From positions 31,188 to 95,187 of the forward strand of contig JBMFIG010000003.1 in assembly GCA_049976425.1 (NCBI GenBank): a DNA stretch of 64,000 nt, in the 5' to 3' direction. This DNA comes from Thermoproteus sp. Lineage in GTDB: Archaea; Thermoproteota; Thermoprotei; Thermoproteales; Thermoproteaceae. The first letter of the stretch is position 1. The number at the start of each line of letters is the position of its first letter. A program made the translations under genes and the position numbers. The notes under the pieces are model-generated. The model saw only the letters and a program-made list of their open reading frames with translations. It had not been told where the DNA came from and did not search any database. Shown here one piece after another: positions 27,767 through 36,905 of this stretch.

Positions 27767-28321
27767 ATGTCGGCTTTAGCCCAGAAGAGCTGGAAGGAGC
27801 TGGTCTTGGTTAAGGACCACCCAATGAAGCGTATATACATAGAGAAGGTTGTGGTCAACATAGGCGTCGGCGAGGGGGGCGAGAGGCTCGAGAAGGCGAG
27901 GGCTCTCCTGGAGGAGTTGACGGGCCAGGCGCCGTCGGTCAGGAAGGCCAAGAAGAGCATAAAGGAGTGGAACGTGAGGCGGGGCGAGCCGATCGCGGTA
28001 GCCGTCACGTTGAGGAGGGACAAGGCCGTGAAGTTCCTTGCCAGGGCTCTGGAGGCCGTCAACAACAGGGTCAAGGCCTCGAGCTTCGACGACAGGGGCA
28101 ACGTGTGCTTCGGCATCAAGGAACACATAATGCTTCCGGGCGTCAAGTACGACCCGGCGGTGGGCGTCTGGGGCATGGACGTCTGCGTCAGGCTGGCCAA
28201 GCCGGGGCTGAGGGTCCAGTTGAGGAGGCGGAGGAGGAGCGAGGTGGGCAAGGGCCAGATCGTGACGAAGCAGGAGGCGATAGAGTTCTTCCAGAAAGTC
28301 CTCGGCGTGCAGGTAGATTAA
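27767..28321 (+). CDS. rpl5: 50S ribosomal protein uL5
   Basis: PM....IEKVVVNIGVGE.GERL, R.GEPI...VTLR, FD..GN..FGI.EHI..PG..YDP..G..GMD. Confidence 0.97.
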   Translation: MSALAQKSWKELVLVKDHPMKRIYIEKVVVNIGVGEGGERLEKARALLEELTGQAPSVRKAKKSIKEWNVRRGEPIAVAVTLRRDKAVKFLARALEAVNNRVKASSFDDRGNVCFGIKEHIMLPGVKYDPAVGVWGMDVCVRLAKPGLRVQLRRRRRSEVGKGQIVTKQEAIEFFQKVLGVQVD

Positions 28322-28340
28322 TAAGGTAGTCAATTCTCTA

Positions 28341-28916
28341 GTGGTTAAGGTAGTCAAGAGGTCGGGGAAGGAGGAGGAATACCTCGACGAGAAGGTCTAC
28401 AAGGCCCTCCTCGACGCGGGCGCCAGCGACGAGGTCGCCCGCGAGATAGTGAAGGAGCTCGACGAGTGGCTGAAGAGCGGCAGGCGGGGCAAGATCTCGA
28501 CCGACGAGATTAGGAGGTTCGTATTGACGAGGCTGAGGCGTCTGGAGCCGGAGGTCGCCGACGCCTGGCAGTTCTACGACAGGGTGTTCAAGGGCAGGAT
28601 AACCTTCGAGGACGGGAAGGCCGTCGTCGTGGAGAAGGGCCGCCTCTACCTCGGCCGGAAGGTCAAGGACGTAAGCTCCAAGGGGCTTTCCACCGCCGAG
28701 GAGGTCAAGGAGATACTGGACGAGCTGAGGGAGGATATGGAGTACGGCCTATCGCCCAAGGTCGTCAACGCCAGGCTATACGCGCTTTTCATGGGCGTCT
28801 TGAAGAAGAAGGATATGCCTCCGGAGGAGAAGAGGAAGGCCGTCGAGCTCATAAACAAGTTCAGGGAGGAGCTCGGGTGGAGGCCCTACGAGCTGAAGAG
28901 AGATCTAGACGCCTAA
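28341..28916 (+). CDS. ATP-cone domain protein with unknown C-terminal domain
   Basis: VVKRSG..EEY..EK...AL..AG...ISTDEI ATP-cone motif. Confidence 0.8.
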   Translation: MVKVVKRSGKEEEYLDEKVYKALLDAGASDEVAREIVKELDEWLKSGRRGKISTDEIRRFVLTRLRRLEPEVADAWQFYDRVFKGRITFEDGKAVVVEKGRLYLGRKVKDVSSKGLSTAEEVKEILDELREDMEYGLSPKVVNARLYALFMGVLKKKDMPPEEKRKAVELINKFREELGWRPYELKRDLDA

Positions 28917-29609
28917 GTAGGCCTTTTTCACGTGATCGGATTCGAGAAGATCGGCGGCTGGACCTGACAAGACTATTTTTCCGTTCTCTAGCACATATCC
29001 CGTATCGGCTACGGCCAGCGCCGCGGATACGTTCTGTTCGACCAACAGTATAGTGACGCGCTCCTTTATCTGTTTGAAGGTCTCCAAGAGCTCCGACACT
29101 ACCTTGGGCGCCAGACCCGCCGAAGGCTCGTCGACGAGGAGCAAGCTGGGCCTGGACATCAGCGCTCTGGCGATAGCCAGCATCTGTTGCTCGCCTCCGC
29201 TGAGAGTTCCCGCCTTTTGTTTTCTCCGCTCTTTCAGCCTCGGGAAGAGCGTGTAGACGTAGTCCAGCGAATCGTGCAAGTGTTGTCGAGCTCTCTTGAT
29301 ATAGGCGCCCATGATGAGGTTTTCCTCGACCGTCATGTTGGGGAAGAGCCTCCTCCCCTCGGGGACGAGGACCACCCCGAGCTCGACCTTCTTATGGGGC
29401 GGCATAAAGGTCACATCGTTGCCGTTGAACGTGACGCGTCCCCTCCACGGCTTGACTATACCCATTATCGAGAGGAGAGTGGTAGTCTTCCCGGCGCCGT
29501 TAGGCCCTATAAGCGCGGTTATGCTCTTGTCGCTAGCCTCGAGTGATATACCGAACAGCACCTGCACCTTCCCGTATCCAGAGCTCAGCTCCTCGATCCT
29601 CAACGCCAT
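28905..29609 (-). CDS. livF: branched-chain amino acid ABC transporter ATPase, LivF-type
   Basis: GPNGAGKTT, VPEGRRLF, LSGGEQQMLAIARALM and EQN motifs. Confidence 0.92.
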   Translation of the reverse strand: MALRIEELSSGYGKVQVLFGISLEASDKSITALIGPNGAGKTTTLLSIMGIVKPWRGRVTFNGNDVTFMPPHKKVELGVVLVPEGRRLFPNMTVEENLIMGAYIKRARQHLHDSLDYVYTLFPRLKERRKQKAGTLSGGEQQMLAIARALMSRPSLLLVDEPSAGLAPKVVSELLETFKQIKERVTILLVEQNVSAALAVADTGYVLENGKIVLSGPAADLLESDHVKKAYLGV

Positions 29610-30328
29610 GGCTTCCCCAGATATATCTCCACCACTACCGGGTTGTTGAGGGCGATATTGGGCGGTCCTTCCGCTATCACTCTGCCTTGATGCATCACGA
29701 CAACTCTATGGGCCAGTTGCACCACGGCCTTCATTCTGTGCTCCACAAGGGATAGGGCCGAGATGCCCTTCTCCTCGACTATCTTCCTAATCAGCTTGGT
29801 CATATCGTCGATCTCGCCGGGGTTGAGGCCGGCCATGACCTCGTCCAACATCAAGAGCTTGGGCCTCCCCGCCAAGGCTCTGGCAAGCTCTAGAAGCCGC
29901 AATTCGTTGAAGGTGAGCTTGCTAGCCAGCTCGTTGGCCCTTCTGCCGAGCCCGACATAGTCGACGACCTCTCTGGCGACCTCTCTCGCCTTATGGAGAT
30001 CGTAGCCGCCGTTGAAGACGGCGCCCACAATAACGTTCTCCAACACTGTGAGCTCCGGAAACGGTCTGGGGACTTGGAAAGCCCTCGACATGCCTAGCTT
30101 GGCCCGGGCATACGCCGGCAGATTGGTTATGTCGCGGCCCTCGAATAGAACTCTTCCTCCGTCCGGTTTATAGACGCCGTTGATGACGTTCAGGAGCGTG
30201 GTTTTGCCGGAGCCGTTGGGGCCCACAATAGCCACGAACTCTCCCCGATCCACTTCGAAACTCACTCCGTTTAACGCAACGAGGCCCCCAAACTTCTTGG
30301 TCACGTTCTCTACCACGAGTAGCTTCAT
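29600..30328 (-). CDS. livG: branched-chain amino acid ABC transporter ATPase, LivG-type
   Basis: FGGLVAL, GPNGSGKTT, R.FQ, LDE..AGLN, VEH and YLG motifs. Confidence 0.92.
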   Translation of the reverse strand: MKLLVVENVTKKFGGLVALNGVSFEVDRGEFVAIVGPNGSGKTTLLNVINGVYKPDGGRVLFEGRDITNLPAYARAKLGMSRAFQVPRPFPELTVLENVIVGAVFNGGYDLHKAREVAREVVDYVGLGRRANELASKLTFNELRLLELARALAGRPKLLMLDEVMAGLNPGEIDDMTKLIRKIVEEKGISALSLVEHRMKAVVQLAHRVVVMHQGRVIAEGPPNIALNNPVVVEIYLGKPWR

Positions 30329-31290
30329 GGCACCCAGTCCCTAAGCTTAGGGGGCAAACGCGTCCTCAGCTCACCTATTATTCCCCTAGGCGCGAACAAC
30401 ACCAACAGCAACACCAATAACGGGGTCACCAACGACTGGTAGTTTGGGAAGAACTGCCCGATGAAAAGCCTCAGAGGGACGTAGAGGAGTCCCCCTGCGA
30501 TTGCGCCGGTGACGGTGCCCGCGCCGCCGAGGAACATGACGGCCAAGCCGTCTAGAATGTAGTCTATCTTAAACGCGGTGTCGGGGAACACCTGTGTAGC
30601 CGCCAGCGGAAAAACGGCGGATCCTAATAGAGCCGAGAATATAGAGCTGAGCGTAAACGCGAGGAGTTTGTACTTTGTCGGGTTTATGCCCATGACCTTC
30701 GCCGCGTCTTCGTCCTGCCTAATTGCGGCGAGCGCGTATCCCGCCTCTTTGCTTTGGAGCAGATAGGTGGCTACCACGGCCAGGAAGCCGGTGGCGAGTA
30801 TCAATACAGTGGAGCCCACCGTCGAGAGGAACAGTGCCGTGTCGCGGCCATATTCTTGGAACATATTGTAGCCGAGGACCAAGCCAGAGCTACCGCCCCA
30901 TATCCCTGCCCCTATTATTAGGTCCTTCAACGCCTCGTTTATTCCTATAGTCGCTATGGCGAAATAGGCGCTTCTTAACCTCAGAGCGACTGCTCCTATG
31001 GCCAGCGCCAGCCCTCCCGCGAGCGCCATCCCTAGGAGTAGCCCCACCGGCAGAGTCCACACGCCGAGCTGGGGCATATAGGCTATAGCTACCCCTAGCC
31101 CGTACGCCCCCATAGCCAGGAAGGCGGCGTAGCCAAAGTTGACGTAGCCCGTAAGCCCGACGAAGATGTTGACCGCCTGGCCCAGCGCCATGTAGAAGGC
31201 TATGGTCGCTATCGTCTGCGACATGTCGGGCTTTATGAAGGGCAAGACGAGCAAGGAAGAATATACCGCCAGCGGCAGATAGGGCTTCAT
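30325..31290 (-). CDS. livM: ABC permease, LivM-type
   Basis: G.TGYVNFG.AAF..GAY, LR.AYFAIAT, AIRQDE.AA..MGIN motifs. Confidence 0.9.
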   Translation of the reverse strand: MKPYLPLAVYSSLLVLPFIKPDMSQTIATIAFYMALGQAVNIFVGLTGYVNFGYAAFLAMGAYGLGVAIAYMPQLGVWTLPVGLLLGMALAGGLALAIGAVALRLRSAYFAIATIGINEALKDLIIGAGIWGGSSGLVLGYNMFQEYGRDTALFLSTVGSTVLILATGFLAVVATYLLQSKEAGYALAAIRQDEDAAKVMGINPTKYKLLAFTLSSIFSALLGSAVFPLAATQVFPDTAFKIDYILDGLAVMFLGGAGTVTGAIAGGLLYVPLRLFIGQFFPNYQSLVTPLLVLLLVLFAPRGIIGELRTRLPPKLRDWVP

Positions 31291-32165
31291 GATCTGAAAA
31301 GACCTGTAGGTCTGAACAATAGGAACAGTATCAATACGACGAATCCTATAAACAGAGACATCTGGTACGGTCCGGCAAAACCTAATCTGCTGAAAAGCGG
31401 GTAGCCCAACGACAGTATCTCGCCGAATATGAGGCCGGCCACGTAGGCGCCCATCGTAGACTCTAGGCCGCCCATGACGGCTATCACGAACGCCATTAGG
31501 GTATAGGGATCGCCCATGTAGGGATTTATGCCGACAGGTATGAACAGCGTCAATAACACCCCGCCGGCCGTCGTCAAGCCTATGCCGATAGCCGTGCTCA
31601 AGGCAAACACCCTATCTACGTCTATGCCCACCATCTGCGCCCCTACCGGATCCTGCACGACAGCCCTTATAGATCTGCCGAAGTTTGTCCTATAGAGCAT
31701 CAGCTGGAGGAGAAGCGCTATAGACAGCGCGGCCGCCGCACCGGCGAGCTGGGAGAACTGTATGACGTAGCCCGAGACGGCCACCGACCCCACGTTCCAG
31801 GTGAAGCCTACTACGTTAGGTCCCCACACTATGCGCGCGATCTCTGCTATGAGGGAGCCCAACGCGAAGAGCGCCACCAAGACGTGTAGCTCGCCGATTT
31901 TGCTGAGGGGCTTTATTATGGCATAGTACAGCGCAAGGCCCATCAACATGCCGAAGAAGAGACCTGCGAATATCGACAGCAGAGGGGGATAGGCCCACAG
32001 CACGAAGAAGAAGTAGGCCGTGTAGGCCCCCAACATGACGAAGGAGCCGTGCGCCACGTTTATTGTTCTCAATATGCCGAATATGAAGCTGAGCCCTATG
32101 GTTATTAATCCGTAGATCGATCCGACTATTAAGCCGTTCAAAAAATAGGGGATTAGGTCGATCAT
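31287..32165 (-). CDS. livH: ABC permease, LivH-type
   Basis: GSIYGL..IGLS.IFG....IN.AHG.F.MLGAY, T.FGR.IRA, RPTGLF; ATG overlaps the SBP stop. Confidence 0.9.
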   Translation of the reverse strand: MIDLIPYFLNGLIVGSIYGLITIGLSFIFGILRTINVAHGSFVMLGAYTAYFFFVLWAYPPLLSIFAGLFFGMLMGLALYYAIIKPLSKIGELHVLVALFALGSLIAEIARIVWGPNVVGFTWNVGSVAVSGYVIQFSQLAGAAAALSIALLLQLMLYRTNFGRSIRAVVQDPVGAQMVGIDVDRVFALSTAIGIGLTTAGGVLLTLFIPVGINPYMGDPYTLMAFVIAVMGGLESTMGAYVAGLIFGEILSLGYPLFSRLGFAGPYQMSLFIGFVVLILFLLFRPTGLFRS

Positions 32166-33571
32166 CAGGGTTTGCAGAGCTGGCCGGCGGCTTTTTGGCT
32201 CCAGGTCAGGGATGGGTAAAACGGCTTGCTCTGCGCTGCCGACGAGGGCCATATGACCACTCTCTGGCCGCCTTGCCACTGCGTCACTACCATCAAGTGA
32301 GCTATATTGAGTCCGTTAGTGGCGTTCATCTTAAATTCGCCGAAGAAGGTCATAAAGTCGGAATTGGCGAGGGCTTGCCTCACTAGGTTAGGATCCACGC
32401 TACCTGCCTTCTGCACGCCGTAGAGGAGCACCAATACGCCCTCGGCGGCCCACCCCGCCTCGTAGCCGGGCTCAACTGTCTTGCCCGACATCTGCTTCGC
32501 CACCTGCTCGAAGTAGTTGATGAACTCGTCGCGAGTTGGGCCAAACCAATCGATGCCCTTCTGTTTAGCCAGTTCGGGGCTGTAATTTACGCCGGGCTCC
32601 CAGTGAGACGGGCCCACTATACATTCCGCCAAAGTCCCGAGGGCCTTGTAGTAGTCCGGCACCAGCGGAGCTACCGTCAGGGCGATCAGTTTAGCTGTCA
32701 CGTTCTGTTGGTAAAGTGTCTGTGTAACTAGCTGTCCGTCCGCGTAGTGGGCGGCGACGAGTATTATGTCCGGATGGGCGTTCTTTACGTCCAGTACCTG
32801 AGAGCTCACGTCTTGGGTCGTCGGCGGATACGGATCGTAGACCACTACCTGGAAGCCTAGCTGTTGCGCATGCGTTTTAGCGCCGGAGGCGACGTAGCGG
32901 TCGAACTCATCGTCGCTGTAGAGTATCGCCACGGTCTTGGCGGACGGATCTATGGATCTGACCATATCTAGGACGGACCAGAAGTAACGACTCGCTGGGG
33001 AGGCCACACCTATTACGTATTTAAAGCCTTGCTGGAATATGCGGTCGGAGGAGGCGCCTACCACAGCCATCAACACGCCGTATTTCTCGGCCACCGGCGA
33101 CACCGCGATGGCTAGATCGGACCCATAGGGACTCAATAAGAAGTTCACGTGATCTTGGGTTATGAGGCTCTCGGCTATGCTCGCCGCCAGTTGCGCGTTG
33201 GATTGGCTATCCCTATATATAAGGCGGACCTTGACCATCTTGCCGCCGCAGTTTATGCCTCCATGATCGTTGATCCAATTCACGGCGGCCATAGCTCCCC
33301 ATAAGATGTATTGACCCTCGGTGGAGTACTTCCCGCTTATTGCTGCGGGCGTGCCTATCACGATCACGTCGGGGCATCCAGCAGTCGTCGCAGTAGCCGA
33401 TGACGTGGATGAAGCCACCGACGTAGATGACGGGGCTGAGGTAGCCGTCGAGGTGGTCTTAGTAGGCGGCGGAGAGGGTGGGGCCGCCTGCTGAGGTTGG
33501 AGCGCGAAATATGCGATTATCGCTATTACTAAAACCGCTACAACAATACCGGTGATAACTGTTTGCTTCAT
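32165..33571 (-). CDS. LivJ/K-type amino acid-binding protein with N-terminal TM anchor and Ser/Thr-rich linker
   Basis: N-terminal hydrophobic stretch, S/T/P-rich linker, IN..GGI, DSQS, L.PYGS and QWQ.G motifs. Confidence 0.88.
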   Translation of the reverse strand: MKQTVITGIVVAVLVIAIIAYFALQPQQAAPPSPPPTKTTSTATSAPSSTSVASSTSSATATTAGCPDVIVIGTPAAISGKYSTEGQYILWGAMAAVNWINDHGGINCGGKMVKVRLIYRDSQSNAQLAASIAESLITQDHVNFLLSPYGSDLAIAVSPVAEKYGVLMAVVGASSDRIFQQGFKYVIGVASPASRYFWSVLDMVRSIDPSAKTVAILYSDDEFDRYVASGAKTHAQQLGFQVVVYDPYPPTTQDVSSQVLDVKNAHPDIILVAAHYADGQLVTQTLYQQNVTAKLIALTVAPLVPDYYKALGTLAECIVGPSHWEPGVNYSPELAKQKGIDWFGPTRDEFINYFEQVAKQMSGKTVEPGYEAGWAAEGVLVLLYGVQKAGSVDPNLVRQALANSDFMTFFGEFKMNATNGLNIAHLMVVTQWQGGQRVVIWPSSAAQSKPFYPSLTWSQKAAGQLCKP

Positions 33572-33683
33572 ACTCCTGCACTGCTTTGACGGGTTTTTAA
33601 GTATTCGCGTGGTATGAAAGTACTCCTATTTAATAATCCCTTCTGGAAAATTATAGATAAGGTACTACTTAATTATACCTAGG

Positions 33684-34487
33684 TTATATCATCAAGGGTA
33701 TCTCCCGCTTCTGCTGGGCCGGTTGCATTAAGGCCTCTATGTTCTTCTCGACGAGGAACGCGTATTTCTGGGCGTGTTCCTGTAGCTTGGAGGTGTCTAT
33801 CTGCACGCCGGTTATCTTGCTCACCGCGTCTATGAGCTTGAGGGCCGCCGCCACGTCGGGGCCCACCCTGCCCACGAGGTCGTTGAGTATGAGCATTACG
33901 TCCCTATGGCTACCTATCTTGCCGCTCTCAACGAGCCTCTTGACCGCCGTGAGGAGCTTGGACTCGGCCAGTATCAGCACGCCGTCTATGGAGCGGCCCA
34001 GGACGGCGTCGAGGAACGCCCCCTCGAGCCCGGCCACGGTGGCCTCCTTGAGCGGCACGAGGCCGTAGGACTGGAACCTCTCCACGAGGTGCTCCTCCGT
34101 GACGAAGTAGACGGAGTCGCCTTCGCCCACTGCGGCTGTGGCGGAGAGGCACACGACGTCCCGCACCTTGTTCTCCTCGGCCCAGTCCAGGACCTTCCCC
34201 ACGAACTCGGCGTATATCTGGGGCGGCACTGGCATGTGTTGCCTTATGGCGAGCAGACCTGAGTCCTTGCTGTAGAATATCCTGTGGGGCAGCTTGGCTG
34301 CGCCGTTGACCACCGCCACGACGGGCGGTAGCTCCGGTATCCTTATGGCGCCGATCTCCTCCATCTTGAGGAGGTCGATTATGTACTCGACTGCTATCAC
34401 CCCGGCCAGAGAGGGCTCGGGGCAGGCCAAGAGCAGGCTTGTCCTCCTATCCCTCGGCAAGGCGCTTATCTTGAACTCCAGCTTCAT
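33684..34487 (-). CDS. PAC2-family proteasome assembly chaperone-like protein
   Basis: P...LAG.IA..Y....L.ME.IG, P.RIF, PD..AA..L...S...G..ID.S.L pattern. Confidence 0.75.
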   Translation of the reverse strand: MKLEFKISALPRDRRTSLLLACPEPSLAGVIAVEYIIDLLKMEEIGAIRIPELPPVVAVVNGAAKLPHRIFYSKDSGLLAIRQHMPVPPQIYAEFVGKVLDWAEENKVRDVVCLSATAAVGEGDSVYFVTEEHLVERFQSYGLVPLKEATVAGLEGAFLDAVLGRSIDGVLILAESKLLTAVKRLVESGKIGSHRDVMLILNDLVGRVGPDVAAALKLIDAVSKITGVQIDTSKLQEHAQKYAFLVEKNIEALMQPAQQKREIPLMI

Positions 34488-34530
34488 GCCACCGTCGTAA
34501 CTGTTATTTTAAAAACACTATCCTTGTGCC

Positions 34531-35127
34531 ATGAAGGCGATCGCGTATCACGGCAGGGGCAGTTCCCCCGAGAAAATAGACTGGCTTATCGAGCCTCTGA
34601 GGGGGCTCGGCTACGAAGTGGTGGCCCCCGCCATAAGGGACGTCGCGGACGCCTACGAGATAGGCCTCTCGTCGCTACCCGTGGACGTCGCGGCTGGCCA
34701 CAGCATGGGCGGGACCGCCGCCCTCCTCCTCGCCGCGAGGAACCCGGGGAAGGTGGGCTGCGTCGTGTCTGTCGCTGGGCCCGTAGACAGGAGGCTCCAG
34801 CTACAGTGGCTCGAGAGTAAGGGCGATAAGTTCTCCAAGAGGCTTGCCCACGAGCTGGCGGCGTTGGGCTCCCAGCTCGACGAGACGTCGCCGTCGCGCT
34901 ATATAGGCCAGGGCATGCCGCCGGTGCTCTACATAAGGGGCGATAGAGACGACGTGGTGCCGAGAGCCCATATAGACATCCTGGTCGGCCTCGCCGACAA
35001 GTTCGGCCTCCACGTAGACGTGGTGGAGATCGCGGGCATGGGCCACACGCCGAAGACCGACGAGGAGAAGGAGAAGATAGCGAGGGTCGTCGCCAACTTC
35101 GTCGAGAAGTGCGCGAAGAGGCCCTAG
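34531..35127 (+). CDS. alpha/beta hydrolase (esterase-like)
   Basis: HG.G, GHSMGG nucleophile elbow, G..D.VVP and GMGH triad residues. Confidence 0.88.
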   Translation: MKAIAYHGRGSSPEKIDWLIEPLRGLGYEVVAPAIRDVADAYEIGLSSLPVDVAAGHSMGGTAALLLAARNPGKVGCVVSVAGPVDRRLQLQWLESKGDKFSKRLAHELAALGSQLDETSPSRYIGQGMPPVLYIRGDRDDVVPRAHIDILVGLADKFGLHVDVVEIAGMGHTPKTDEEKEKIARVVANFVEKCAKRP

Positions 35128-35227
35128 CCCCTTTTCTACCTCCTTTTTACCGGGCATAGACGCCTCTAAGCCTTGCCGTGTTCTCGTGCGAGGGGATCGC
35201 TGAGGATGAGCGCGGGCTTACGTCGGG

Positions 35228-35968
35228 CTAGGAGACCTTGGGTATTATCCCCTTCCCCGTGATCAGCCTGTTCACCTTGGCCTTCTCGACCTTGTAGACG
35301 TTGACGGCCACTTCCTTTATCAGCTTGTCGGAGGGCTTACACTTCTGGAAGCCGAGCTGTAGGCAGAAGCTGTACTTGTATATCTTGAGGTCGTTGGGGC
35401 TCCTTATGGCGTCCGTCGCTATGAGCTCGGCTATCTTGTAGGCGGTGTAGAACGCCATATACCTCACGAACTTCTCCTCAAGATCGGGGTACACAGCCTC
35501 CGCCGTCCTGACGGCCTTCACAAAGAGGGGCTCGGCGAAAATCCCCAGGACGGTGCCGGTGAACGCGTACCTCAAAAAACGGAAGACCTTGTCCTCCAGA
35601 TCCTTGCCCTTTATGTCGGCGACCGACCTCTTGATGTTCTCCTTGACCTCGTCGGTCACGACCTCCGTTATGTTCTTGACTATGTCGAGGACTGCGTGGG
35701 CCTTGTTCTCTATGTAGAAGAGGTTGTCCAGATCGCCGGGCGCGATGACGCCGGCGCCGTAGACGCCGACTATATGGACTGTGGCGAGCTCCTTATCGAA
35801 TATGGACTCTGTGGAGAAGCCCCTCAACGGCTCCACGCCGCGCTTCCTGTAGGCCTCTCTGAGGGCCTCGACGAGCTCCAGCCTGGAGGCTACCTCGCCC
35901 CTCAGCGCCTTCTCGAGGACCTCTAGGGCCGCCTCTACCCTTTCACGATGCAGCTTTTTTATCTCCAT
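35228..35968 (-). CDS. conserved crenarchaeal protein (DUF2192-like)
   Basis: R..LVE.L...Y...G.EPLRG......FDKELAT.. pattern; overlaps the rpl10e stop. Confidence 0.65.
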   Translation of the reverse strand: MEIKKLHRERVEAALEVLEKALRGEVASRLELVEALREAYRKRGVEPLRGFSTESIFDKELATVHIVGVYGAGVIAPGDLDNLFYIENKAHAVLDIVKNITEVVTDEVKENIKRSVADIKGKDLEDKVFRFLRYAFTGTVLGIFAEPLFVKAVRTAEAVYPDLEEKFVRYMAFYTAYKIAELIATDAIRSPNDLKIYKYSFCLQLGFQKCKPSDKLIKEVAVNVYKVEKAKVNRLITGKGIIPKVS

Positions 35969-36482
35969 TTTTAGGCTCGACGATCAGCCTTGTGGGAAGC
36001 GGTAGTTTCGACGCGGCTCTCCTCAACGCCTCCTTGATATGCGGCAGATGCTCCGGCTTGAACTCTATGGTCATGAGGACCTGGCCCCTCTCCACCCTGG
36101 CCGCCCTGCCAGCGGGCGAGCCGAAGTTCAGCCTCATGCCCTCCTGGAGACGGTCGGCGCCTGCCATTGCCAACATCTTGTTCTCCCTAAGCACGTGGTG
36201 GGGGTAGACCTCGAGGCGGAAGTAGTAGTTGGCGTCGCCGACCTTCACTGAGAGGTACTTGTACGCCATCTGGCGGGCCGCCTCCAGCGCCTGCGCCCTG
36301 ATCTGGCCCCGCGCCTCCACGACCAGCCTAGCCACCATGGTGAAGCCCTCTCTGGCCGACGGCGATGTGTTCCCCATGTCGAACTTGGGTATCTGCACGT
36401 AGGGGGCCCCGTGTATGTAGTCGAGTCTCGTGTAGGGAGGCCCCTTAATCCTCCTGTAGCATCTAGCAGGGCGTACTGGCAT
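35943..36482 (-). CDS. rpl10e: 50S ribosomal protein uL16 (L10e)
   Basis: RPARCYR, YTR..Y..G.P, QIR..ALEAAR, YPHH.LRENKM..AGADRLQ.GMR..FG.P. Confidence 0.97.
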   Translation of the reverse strand: MPVRPARCYRRIKGPPYTRLDYIHGAPYVQIPKFDMGNTSPSAREGFTMVARLVVEARGQIRAQALEAARQMAYKYLSVKVGDANYYFRLEVYPHHVLRENKMLAMAGADRLQEGMRLNFGSPAGRAARVERGQVLMTIEFKPEHLPHIKEALRRAASKLPLPTRLIVEPKNGDKKAAS

Positions 36483-36512
36483 GAGGAGGAGGAAATCCCC
36501 CTATTTAAATCT

Positions 36513-36905
36513 CTAAGCTTGGCTCCCCGCTTTCTTCCTCTGCATCAACATCATCACGGCCTGTACAAGATCGCCCTTCGTCTCCTTCAGCGCCTGCTCC
36601 GCCTCCTCCCTCGTGGCGCCAGTCTGCTCCATCACTAGGCTGATGTCCTCATCCGTCGGCGTGTAGCCGCCGGCGGTCTGTTGCTGGACTTGCCTCTTCT
36701 GGGTCTTGACGGAGCTCTCCTGGGCCTGGACCTGGTAGACCAGGATCTTGTTGGGGAGCCTCAACAAGGCGACGGCGGGCCCCTCTATGCGCAACACGTC
36801 GCCGTTCCTGAGGCCTATCTCCACATAGGCGGCGTCGACCTCCTCCATCTTTATCCCCATCCTCTTCAAGTAGCGCTCCAGCTCTCTGGGGTTTAGCGAG
36901 AACAT
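36513..36905 (-). CDS. nac: nascent polypeptide-associated complex protein
   Basis: NPR.....KRMGI; C-terminal UBA-like EDI.LV.EQTG...EEA..AL....GDL..A. Confidence 0.9.
   Translation of the reverse strand: MFSLNPRELERYLKRMGIKMEEVDAAYVEIGLRNGDVLRIEGPAVALLRLPNKILVYQVQAQESSVKTQKRQVQQQTAGGYTPTDEDISLVMEQTGATREEAEQALKETKGDLVQAVMMLMQRKKAGSQA

Noticed and set aside
33380-33500. Low-complexity Ser/Thr/Pro-coding stretch
   Set aside because: Ordinary linker of an archaeal membrane-anchored binding protein.
35165-35227. Possible second C/D sRNA (CTGA-GGATGA internal pair at ~35200)
   Set aside because: No convincing terminal C or D box at the proper spacing.
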